From positions 1-50,922 of IMG/VR virus record IMGVR_UViG_3300032122_000001: a DNA stretch of 50,922 nt; one strand, written 5' to 3'. The notes beneath the pieces were generated by a model that was given only the letters and a program-made list of their open reading frames with translations, made no database searches and was not told the origin of the DNA. Origin of the DNA: a virus (taxonomy: Duplodnaviria > Caudoviricetes). The translations under genes and the position numbers were made by a program. Positions 44,030 to 50,922 of this stretch are shown here, in pieces (within the stretch, counting starts at the first letter, position 1; each line of letters starts with the position of its first letter).

Positions 44030-44424
44030 TGGGGGACCGCGACATGACCAACGATCCACGAGAGTTGATGCTCGAAGCAGCCGAGCAGATCAAATCTAAC
44101 CTGGCTAAGCGGGTAGACACCTCCGCGCTGGCGCGGGAAGCGGGCTACAGCAAGTTCCACTTCATCCGCCTGTTCCACAAGCACGTGGGGTACGCTCCCG
44201 GCCATTTCCAGTCCCTGTGCCGGGATGAGTGGGCCATGTGGCTCCTTCGGGAAACTGATCTCAGCGTCATGGAGATCGTCTACACCGTGGGCTACAGCAG
44301 CACCGGCACGTTCTCCCGCAAGTTCAAGCGCCGCTACGGCATGAAGATGGCGTCGTACCGGGACATGATGCGCCACTTCGATTCCATCCGAAAGGCTGAT
44401 GCGGTCGACCCCCCAACCCCGTAA
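44026..44424 (+). CDS. AraC-family single-domain regulator (MarA/SoxS-like)
   Basis: LA..AGYS..HF.RLF....G..P...R...A..LL......V.EI...VGY.S...FSR.FK...G; start may be 44044. Confidence 0.9.
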   Translation: MMGDRDMTNDPRELMLEAAEQIKSNLAKRVDTSALAREAGYSKFHFIRLFHKHVGYAPGHFQSLCRDEWAMWLLRETDLSVMEIVYTVGYSSTGTFSRKFKRRYGMKMASYRDMMRHFDSIRKADAVDPPTP

Positions 44425-44426
44425 GC

Positions 44427-44633
44427 TTGAAGCACAGGAAGGGGGAACAGGTGGTCACGAAGTTGTGGGCCTGGCGTAACCGGAAACTTGGAACCTGCAC
44501 ACACCGGTCGCCGCTACTGAAACTGTGGTGCTGGCGACAATGGAGCTACCAGCATCAATGCTACAAACACAACCGCAGCTGCTGGTCGCCAGTAAACGAA
44601 AACCACAGCTGCTGGCCGCGAAAGAAGACGTAG
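44427..44633 (+). CDS. small Cys/His/Trp-rich protein
   Basis: short ORF, start uncertain. Confidence 0.35.
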   Translation: MKHRKGEQVVTKLWAWRNRKLGTCTHRSPLLKLWCWRQWSYQHQCYKHNRSCWSPVNENHSCWPRKKT

Positions 44634-44719
44634 AATACTTTCGGGCGGGCATCCGAAGCACGAGGCCGAGGATGCAAGTGGACACGTCACGGTCGTCGTG
44701 TGCCCGTAACGACCGACTA

Positions 44720-44793
44720 GTTGCCTTAGCTCAAGGTGGATAGAGCGGCCTCCTCCTAAGGGGCGGATCCAGGTTCGAGTCCTGGGGGCGACA
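44720..44793 (+). tRNA. tRNA-Arg(CCU)
   Basis: GCCTC-CT-CCT-AA-GGGGC; A20. Confidence 0.88.
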
Positions 44794-44797
44794 CTGT

Positions 44798-44868
44798 ATG
44801 GGTTTGATGTAATGGCAGCCTGGCCGTTTCCAAAGCGGCATGTGGGGGTTCGATTCCTCCAACCTATG
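44798..44868 (+). tRNA. tRNA-Trp(CCA)
   Basis: GCCGT-TT-CCA-AA-GCGGC; G73. Confidence 0.85.
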
Positions 44869-44872
44869 CAAG

Positions 44873-44944
44873 CTCCCCGAAGCTCAACGGATGAGCAGCG
44901 GCCTACGAAGCCGAAGGGTGCAGGTTCGAATCCTGCTGGGGAGA
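44873..44944 (+). tRNA. tRNA-Arg(ACG)
   Basis: CGGC-CT-ACG-AA-GCCG. Confidence 0.88.
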
Positions 44945-44945
44945 C

Positions 44946-45018
44946 TCTGAGGTGGTGTAACTGGTAACATTCCCGGCTCTGAACCGGGCGACTCAGGGTT
45001 CGAATCCTTGCCTCAGAG
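44946..45018 (+). tRNA. tRNA-Gln(CUG)
   Basis: CCCGG-CT-CTG-AA-CCGGG; U1-A72. Confidence 0.9.
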
Positions 45019-45113
45019 CGACGCACCACCCGGCATCTAGCTAATGCTGGGTCACGGGCTCCCCGGCCGACATCATGGTGCTGATAAGAATAGAATTCTG
45101 GGGGGTCCACCAA

Positions 45114-45203
45114 TGCCGTGTCGTTTAAATGGCAGGACGCCACTCCCTAGGTGTCACTAGCATTCAGGGCGTGGAAGTGCGGGTTCGAATCCCGTCACGG
45201 CAC
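45114..45203 (+). ncRNA. tRNA-like RNA with a 35-nt extended anticodon arm
   Basis: intact acceptor (TGCCGTG/CACGGCA), D and T arms; anticodon arm 45140-45174 is 18 nt too long. Confidence 0.75.
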
Positions 45204-45209
45204 CTTTGA

Positions 45210-45282
45210 TGGCGTGTAGCTTAATTGGTAGAGCACTGGACTGTTAATCCGGTGGATGCTGGTTCGAATCCAGCCACGTCAG
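45210..45282 (+). tRNA. tRNA-Asn(GUU)
   Basis: CTGGA-CT-GTT-AA-TCCGG; G73. Confidence 0.9.
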
Positions 45283-45311
45283 CTCGGCACAACCGATTGA
45301 AGGGATAGGTT

Positions 45312-45623
45312 ATGCCCAGCGAAGAGGAAGTTCGTCGCGCCCTGAATGAGGAGCGTATCCGTCGCGAACGCCAGCAGCGGGAGGAGATGGAGGAGCGTAA
45401 GCGTCGGGTCTGGGAGCAGACGCAGCGCAAGCTCCGCGAGCAGCAGGAAGCTCAGCGTAAGGCGGCTGAGCAGGCTGAGAAGCTTCGGAAGCAGCAGGAG
45501 CAGGCCGAGAAGCTGCTCAAGCAGCAGGAAGCTCAGCGCAAGCAGCAGGAAGCTCAGCGCAAGCAGCAGGAAGCTGACCGCAGGCGCCGCGAGGAGGAAG
45601 AGCGTCGCCGCCGTAACAAGTAG
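45312..45623 (+). CDS. highly charged single-helix/coiled-coil protein
   Basis: E/R/K/Q-rich, KQQEAQR heptad repeats. Confidence 0.65.
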   Translation: MPSEEEVRRALNEERIRRERQQREEMEERKRRVWEQTQRKLREQQEAQRKAAEQAEKLRKQQEQAEKLLKQQEAQRKQQEAQRKQQEADRRRREEEERRRRNK

Positions 45624-45638
45624 TTAAGTGAGCCCCTG

Positions 45639-45863
45639 ATGGAGATGGTTCCCTTAAAGGGGCGCCCGAAGCTGGGACAGCATGTAGCGTTGCGTCGCCG
45701 CCGTAAGCATGCCCAGCCTCCCGGCCAGGAATACTATTGGGAGACTGGGCATGTTGAGATTGTGCGTCAGGGTGAAGTGGTCTACCGCAGTTGGGCTGGG
45801 TATGAGTTGACGGTACCGTTCAGGGATCTGTTTGAAGTTCCCCGCCACTGGGGGAGACGTTAA
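45639..45863 (+). CDS. hypothetical protein (SH3-like beta pattern)
   Basis: 74-aa ORF. Confidence 0.5.
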   Translation: MEMVPLKGRPKLGQHVALRRRRKHAQPPGQEYYWETGHVEIVRQGEVVYRSWAGYELTVPFRDLFEVPRHWGRR

Positions 45864-45872
45864 GGGGGTGCC

Positions 45873-46133
45873 GTGCCGAGGAAGGCGTTGAACGAGACGC
45901 AGGCGGCCGGGTTGGCGACGCTGGTTCTGGAGCAGCAGAACATCATCGATGAGTTGCGTGCCCATAATGAGCGCCTATCGGAGCGGGCCTCACGGATGGC
46001 GTTAACGCTACTAGATTTGCAGTGGATCAACCATGACCGGGAAGATCATGTTGGTGCGGCCGTGTCGCGGTGCAAAGACGAATCCTGCCGCAGGGTTGTA
46101 GAGTTGACGCACGGTCTCAGGCTCCCGTTCTAG
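45873..46133 (+). CDS. hypothetical protein
   Basis: 86 aa, RBS. Confidence 0.55.
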   Translation: MPRKALNETQAAGLATLVLEQQNIIDELRAHNERLSERASRMALTLLDLQWINHDREDHVGAAVSRCKDESCRRVVELTHGLRLPF

Positions 46134-46873
46134 TGGCCCACAACTATGTGTCGCTGTTTTCTGGCATCGGTGGTATCGATCTTGGCTTGGATTCGGCGGG
46201 CTGGCAATGTGTCGCCCAGGTCGAGAAAGACGCCTACTGCCGTAGGGTTTTGGCTCGGCATTGGCCGGGCGTTGACCGCCACGATGATGTGCGGACGTTT
46301 CCTGCCTGGTGGGGCAAGCAGACTCGACCTGATGTTGATCTGGTGGCTGCCGGGTTCCCGTGTCAGCCTTTCAGCAAGTTCGGGCTCATGAAGGGGGTAG
46401 AGGATGAGCGCTGGGGATGGCCCTGGACCCTTGCGGCCGTACGCCACCTTCGACCCAGATACGTCCTCTTGGAGAACGTTGCCGGGCTTCTACGGGACAC
46501 CGAAGCATTCAGCACCATCCTTGCTGATCTTCACGTCGTCGGGTTCGATGCGCAGTGGTCAACTGTTTCCGCATGCTCCGTGGGTGCGCCACACGCACGG
46601 GAACGGCTGTTTGTTGTGGCCTACGCCTCGGGCGGCGATGAGCCGATGCAAATGCCGGTACCGGGAGGAGTATCGCAAGGACGCTCCGGCATTGGAGCAA
46701 CGGGTGGCGCAGATGGACCGTTTAGCGGATGGCTACCTGAACCCGAGGTGGGTAGAGTGGCTAATGGGATTCCCCGCAGGTTGGTGCGAAGACCGTTAGA
46801 GGCTTTGGGTAATGCGGTTGTTCCTCGGGTTGCCGAACTGATCGGAAGAATGATCATTGAGGGGGAGAAGTGA
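46133..46873 (+). CDS. C5 cytosine DNA methyltransferase, large (alpha) chain
   Basis: motifs I SLFSGIGG, IV GFPCQPFS, VI ENV, VIII PH.RERLF, X LGNAVVP. Confidence 0.92.
   Translation: MAHNYVSLFSGIGGIDLGLDSAGWQCVAQVEKDAYCRRVLARHWPGVDRHDDVRTFPAWWGKQTRPDVDLVAAGFPCQPFSKFGLMKGVEDERWGWPWTLAAVRHLRPRYVLLENVAGLLRDTEAFSTILADLHVVGFDAQWSTVSACSVGAPHARERLFVVAYASGGDEPMQMPVPGGVSQGRSGIGATGGADGPFSGWLPEPEVGRVANGIPRRLVRRPLEALGNAVVPRVAELIGRMIIEGEK
46404..46799 (+). CDS. nested alternative-frame methyltransferase small (beta) chain
   Basis: ATG with GAGG RBS; LWPTP.A and LNP.WVEWLMGFP.GW (TRD/motif IX-like). Confidence 0.7.
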   Translation: MSAGDGPGPLRPYATFDPDTSSWRTLPGFYGTPKHSAPSLLIFTSSGSMRSGQLFPHAPWVRHTHGNGCLLWPTPRAAMSRCKCRYREEYRKDAPALEQRVAQMDRLADGYLNPRWVEWLMGFPAGWCEDR

Positions 46874-46875
46874 AC

Positions 46876-47037
46876 ATGGTGCAGTTCTTGCAGGTTTCAG
46901 CCATGATGGCAAGCCTGTACTTGGCTGCCGCTTCCTTTCGGCAGGGTGTCTCGTTTGATGAGCGCCGGTACCTGGTCGTCGCGGCTAGTAGCTTCTACTT
47001 CGCGTCGGCAGCTTTTGCCGGGGCAGGCGTGTTCTAA
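46876..47037 (+). CDS. small two-TM protein
   Basis: hydrophobic 53 aa. Confidence 0.45.
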   Translation: MVQFLQVSAMMASLYLAAASFRQGVSFDERRYLVVAASSFYFASAAFAGAGVF

Positions 47038-47044
47038 CGTTTAA

Positions 47045-47115
47045 GCCCTCGTAGCTGAGTGGTTTAGCTCCTTCCTTTTAAGTTGGAGACGCAGGTTCGA
47101 TTCCTGCCGGGGGTA
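47045..47115 (+). tRNA. tRNA-Lys(UUU)
   Basis: CCTTC-CT-TTT-AA-GTTGG; two U-U mismatches in the anticodon stem. Confidence 0.7.
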
Positions 47116-47233
47116 CGCAGGTAGCCGTTTGCTTGGATGGTGTCCGGCTGCTGGCTACAGGTTGCCGTCCACCTGTCTGCGCAAGGGCGGCTTCAACACC
47201 AACAGTGTATGATGGTTTATGCGGTAACGTTTC

Positions 47234-47307
47234 GGGGTGTCGGAGCAGCTGGAAAGCTCACCTGACTTTCAATCAGGAGAACACGGGTTCGAGTCCCGTA
47301 CACCCTA
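47234..47307 (+). tRNA. tRNA-Glu(UUC)
   Basis: CCTGA-CT-TTC-AA-TCAGG. Confidence 0.9.
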
Positions 47308-47330
47308 CGGGAACCATGAAGGGAAAACGG

Positions 47331-47858
47331 ATGAACTGGAAATTCTGGAAATCCCCCACCACAGTAAAGATCAAGGACATCGCGGACCTCGTGGCAGAGG
47401 CACCGGCAGACCGCCCAATTTTCAGCGAGAAGCATAAGCAGCGCCTACGGCTATGGGTCGCGGAACTACGCAGCGGGAAGTACGAGCAGGGACGCGGCTA
47501 CCTTTGCACCATCAAGACGGGTGGAGACGATGCTGGCAGCGAGAAGCTTTGCTGCCTGGAAGTAGCGAACCGGGTAGCGTTCGACAACGGTATCCCCGTA
47601 CCCTCCTGCGAAGTAAATTCACTGGAAAGGGAAGGGCAGAGTACCGACCTGGGCTTCCTCATCTACAAAGTAGACAAGACCGGTTGGGGGCAGGTTGGCG
47701 GTGTCATGCTGCCCGAGGTGGCCGAATGGTACGGGTTTACCGGAGGATGTCCGCACATTTCCCCCAACATGCACGCCATAGAAGCCAACGACCATCACCA
47801 CCTCACATTCCTTGAAATCGCCGACCGCATCGAAACCTATTACGAGCTCAACAGCTAA
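47331..47858 (+). CDS. phage hypothetical protein, paralogue 1 (QG..L..CCL family)
   Basis: W...LRSG.Y.QG...L...CCL.VA...P.V.EWYG...ND....F.EIA. Confidence 0.7.
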   Translation: MNWKFWKSPTTVKIKDIADLVAEAPADRPIFSEKHKQRLRLWVAELRSGKYEQGRGYLCTIKTGGDDAGSEKLCCLEVANRVAFDNGIPVPSCEVNSLEREGQSTDLGFLIYKVDKTGWGQVGGVMLPEVAEWYGFTGGCPHISPNMHAIEANDHHHLTFLEIADRIETYYELNS

Positions 47859-47891
47859 TAGTGTTTCGGTTGTGCCTATAATTGAATAGTT

Positions 47892-47966
47892 GGCCTGTTG
47901 GAGCTGTTGGCAAAGCTCACCTCAGTCTCAATGAGGAGATCGTCGGTTCGAGCCCGACACAGGCTA
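47892..47966 (+). tRNA. tRNA-Glu(CUC)
   Basis: CCTCA-GT-CTC-AA-TGAGG. Confidence 0.88.
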
Positions 47967-47982
47967 CGGAAAGGGGAAAGAG

Positions 47983-48393
47983 ATGATCAATAAGGAGAGG
48001 GTAGCGCTACTCGTCGAAGCGCTCAGGGACGGCAGCTGGGTTCAGGGGCGCGAGAGACTCCGTAACGGAGGAGATGAATACTGCTGCCTCGGTGTTGCTT
48101 GCGAAGTAGCTATCGCCAACGGCTGCGTAGTAACGGTTGGGCAGCACGACAATGGCTTCTACGTTTATGACGGGTTCAGCGATTTCTTGCCGCCGTCAGT
48201 GAGGGAATGGTATGGGTTCGTTTCGCCCGATCCTGCCGTAGGTAGGCTAAGGCCCATTGGCCATCAACCCGAAAACAGCATACGGCTCGCAGCCACGAAG
48301 GCAAATGACCTGCTGAATAAGAGCCTGGCAGAGATCGGCGAGCTATTCGAGGCTTGCTACATCAACGAGAAACCTATCACGATAATCTATTAG
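47983..48393 (+). CDS. phage hypothetical protein, paralogue 2
   Basis: same motifs as 47331-47858. Confidence 0.7.
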   Translation: MINKERVALLVEALRDGSWVQGRERLRNGGDEYCCLGVACEVAIANGCVVTVGQHDNGFYVYDGFSDFLPPSVREWYGFVSPDPAVGRLRPIGHQPENSIRLAATKANDLLNKSLAEIGELFEACYINEKPITIIY

Positions 48394-48522
48394 GAGAAGT
48401 CGTGGGACGCGTTTACATCTTCGGCGGATTCCTGATCGTCATCGCGGGAGCCGCTACCTACTTCCTGTTCCTTGCCAAAATCGGGCAGAAGATATTCAAG
48501 CAGAAGCAACAGAAGGGAAACG

Positions 48523-49485
48523 ATGAGCAACCGTAAACGGATCACCGCCAGCGCTCTCATCCTGGCCGGGGCGGTAGCCCTGACCGGATGCAGCACGGTA
48601 AGCGACAACCCGGACGATGTCGGCCTGTACTACCTGATGGGTAGCAGCGACGGCAACAAGTTCGACAAGTGCATCGAACCCGGCACTGCTGGCGATGCCG
48701 AGTGGAACAACAAGGTTGTCTGGTTGCCGACAAACCTGCGCACCTGGAACGTGGCCCACGAGAACGGCGACACGAACCAGCCGACCATTGTGTCCACGAA
48801 GCCGGAAGCCGGTCAGCCGTCAGGGGTTCAGGTGACCGTATGGTCGACCACGAACTTCTACCTGAACACGTTCTGCGACAAGAACGGCGGCATGGTCAAG
48901 GACTTCTGGGAGAAGATCGGCCGCCGCTATAAGGCTGACACTCCTGACGGGTGGAAGGCGATGCTGAACAACATCCTGGTACCGGCCCTAAATAAGGCCA
49001 CCCAGGATGTGATCCGCTCGTACGGCAGCGATGAGTTGGTGGGCAACATCAACGGGGTTAGGGCTGAGGCTCAGCAGAAGATCTCGGCTGGTTTCGCTAC
49101 CGAGTTGAGCCGCCTGACCGGTGGGAGTTTCTTCTGCGGTCCGAAGTTCAACCGGGTGACCGGTGAATGCCCGTCCATCGAGATGATCATTGTGGATGTT
49201 GACTTCGCTGACAGTGGCATCCAGGGCGCCCGTAATGAGAAACAGCAGGCCGTTGAGCGTGCTGCCGCTCAGTTGGCGAGGGCTCAGGGTGAGGCTGCCG
49301 CGCTGCTGGCGGAGGCTAAGGGTAAGGCGGATGCGGCTAAGGAGCTGGCGAAGCTTTACGCGAACCCGGCTTGGGTACGCCTCCAGGAAACGATCATGAA
49401 GACGCAGGCGTTGATCGAGGCTTGCAAGCAGGCTAAGGAATGCAAGCTGATCGTGGGCGCTGACGGCAACCTGATCATGGGTTAG
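48523..49485 (+). CDS. SPFH/Band-7-like lipoprotein
   Basis: signal peptide with lipobox LTGC; SPFH-like core and A/E-rich coiled-coil tail (A.GEA.A...EAKG.A.A). Confidence 0.75.
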   Translation: MSNRKRITASALILAGAVALTGCSTVSDNPDDVGLYYLMGSSDGNKFDKCIEPGTAGDAEWNNKVVWLPTNLRTWNVAHENGDTNQPTIVSTKPEAGQPSGVQVTVWSTTNFYLNTFCDKNGGMVKDFWEKIGRRYKADTPDGWKAMLNNILVPALNKATQDVIRSYGSDELVGNINGVRAEAQQKISAGFATELSRLTGGSFFCGPKFNRVTGECPSIEMIIVDVDFADSGIQGARNEKQQAVERAAAQLARAQGEAAALLAEAKGKADAAKELAKLYANPAWVRLQETIMKTQALIEACKQAKECKLIVGADGNLIMG

Positions 49486-49522
49486 TGTTGGACACCGGCA
49501 GCCTCACCGGCTGCCGGTACCA

Positions 49523-49594
49523 GGTGGTATGGCCGAGTGGTTCAGGCATCAGCCTGCAAAGCTGATCACGCGGGTTCGAACCCCGCTACCGCCT
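49523..49594 (+). tRNA. tRNA-Cys(GCA)
   Basis: TCAGC-CT-GCA-AA-GCTGA; U73. Confidence 0.9.
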
Positions 49595-49622
49595 CTCAAA
49601 AACCAGCCGAAAGGAGGTAGTC

Positions 49623-49973
49623 GTGGCAGTCAAGAACGCTTTGAGCGAACAGCCGCGTGGCACATGCCCTGTATGTCGGGGAACTTTCCAGGTCACCAGA
49701 GCCGGAGTCATGCGCCATCACAACGGCGATGTTGTTGTCCGGGGCGGCTGGCGGCAGGTCTGCGAAGGCGTGGGCGTGAAGCCCGCGATGTTAGGCACAT
49801 ACCTGTCGCTCACAGCCGATACGGACCCCGACGTTGCCCGTACCGTTGAAGTTTCCGAGACGCTGATGATCGATCTTGATCCGGATGGTTACGTGCTCGG
49901 CGTCGAAAGCCTAACAGGAGCCATCGGGATACCTGAGCTGATCCGGGTTCTTCAAACGTTGCGACACATCTGA
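49623..49973 (+). CDS. Zn-ribbon plus DUF2283-like protein
   Basis: CPVC...H...C; YL.L.....VA.T.EV.....IDLD..G..LGVE. Confidence 0.6.
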   Translation: MAVKNALSEQPRGTCPVCRGTFQVTRAGVMRHHNGDVVVRGGWRQVCEGVGVKPAMLGTYLSLTADTDPDVARTVEVSETLMIDLDPDGYVLGVESLTGAIGIPELIRVLQTLRHI

Positions 49974-49987
49974 CAAGGGGGGAAGCG

Positions 49988-50404
49988 ATGGGTATCAACC
50001 GCGAAAGAGTCCAGCTCCTCGTCAACGAGCTGCTCACCACCGACAAGGAGCAGGGGCCAAGCTACCTGAACGCGAACGGCCGATACTGCTGCCTCGGTAT
50101 CGCCTGCGAAGTGGCCAAAGCCAACGGCTGTGAAGTAAGCACCGCCACCTTCACCGCAGCAACCGGTACGAACATCACCGCTTACGACGAAGCCCACGAC
50201 GTGCTGCCTCCATCAGTGATGGAATGGTACGGGTTCACCAGCAGCGATCCGGCCATCACCTACCAGAGGCCAACCGGAATCGGCCGCGCCTATGGCAGAG
50301 TCAGCGTCGTTCTCGCCACGAACGCCAACGACAAACTCTTCTGGGACTTCCGGAGAATCGGCGAAGCATTCCGCGACTACTACCTCGACAACAACGACAC
50401 GTGA
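49988..50404 (+). CDS. phage hypothetical protein, paralogue 3
   Basis: INRERV.LLV..L, YCCLG.ACEVA.ANGC, LPPSV.EWYGF.S.DPA. Confidence 0.7.
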   Translation: MGINRERVQLLVNELLTTDKEQGPSYLNANGRYCCLGIACEVAKANGCEVSTATFTAATGTNITAYDEAHDVLPPSVMEWYGFTSSDPAITYQRPTGIGRAYGRVSVVLATNANDKLFWDFRRIGEAFRDYYLDNNDT

Positions 50405-50598
50405 TGTCCACAGGAAAACTTCTCACTGCACTTGCCGTGACAGCCATCGTGATCATGGGGGTCTGCGGCATCACGATGAGCATCCGCCAATCCACAGCAT
50501 TCGTGGACGACTGCGAAGCAGCTGGCGGACATATCGTCGACACCCACATCTGCGTCAGCCCCGATGGACGCATCATCGACATCCCACTCCGGTACTAA
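50404..50598 (+). CDS. small membrane or secreted protein
   Basis: TM plus C...GG......C...DG. Confidence 0.5.
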   Translation: MSTGKLLTALAVTAIVIMGVCGITMSIRQSTAFVDDCEAAGGHIVDTHICVSPDGRIIDIPLRY

Positions 50599-50687
50599 GC
50601 CGCCCGCTCAACCCGAAGAACCGGTAACCCTGTAAGATAAAAAACGCTGGTGGTGGTCGCAGGGGTGTCGACCGCCACCAGCATCAT

Positions 50688-50759
50688 CTTCGTGTAGCTC
50701 AACGAAAGAGCATCAGCGTCCGAAGCTGAAGGCTCCGGGTTCGAATCCCGGCACGAAGA
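50688..50759 (+). tRNA. tRNA-Arg(CCG)
   Basis: TCAGC-GT-CCG-AA-GCTGA; D-loop lacks GG. Confidence 0.8.
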
Positions 50760-50922
50760 CTCACGAATCCACGTCAGGATACCCAGTCAAATGACTGACA
50801 CGGTCACCATACTGATGCTGATAATGAGAACCTAACTCCGGGTGACCGTACAGCCGCTCAACCGGCTGATCCAACAGATGGAAAACCAGCTGAGCCACCC
50901 GCTGCCCAGCCTTCAACACAAT

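Overview
Near-complete, high-GC actinobacteriophage (siphovirus-like; host probably a filamentous actinomycete, inferred from DUF397, the promoter types and the short-arm Leu tRNAs). Layout: small early genes (1-1.5 kb), then a solo RAMP/Cas7-like gene (1644-2237) flanked by GGY-NN pentamer tracts. The downstream array (2241-3015) has seven variable tracts separated by six conserved tRNA-like hairpins; this VIPR-like RNA-guided module is the standout finding. Next come a primase-helicase, and an SSB plus Cas4/RecB-like nuclease under a RecA-NDp/PafBC-type promoter. The virion operon (8.7-34.7 kb) is interrupted by a reverse HicA-like cassette and is followed by a reverse-strand endolysin and a leftward resolvase/regulator block. 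A rightward cluster (39.2-50.8 kb) holds 27 tRNAs plus one aberrant tRNA-like gene, interspersed with an HNH gene, an AraC regulator, a two-frame C5 methyltransferase, an SPFH lipoprotein and several unassigned structured RNAs. I recognised no integrase, DNA polymerase or small terminase. All calls come from motif reading by eye; no searches were run.
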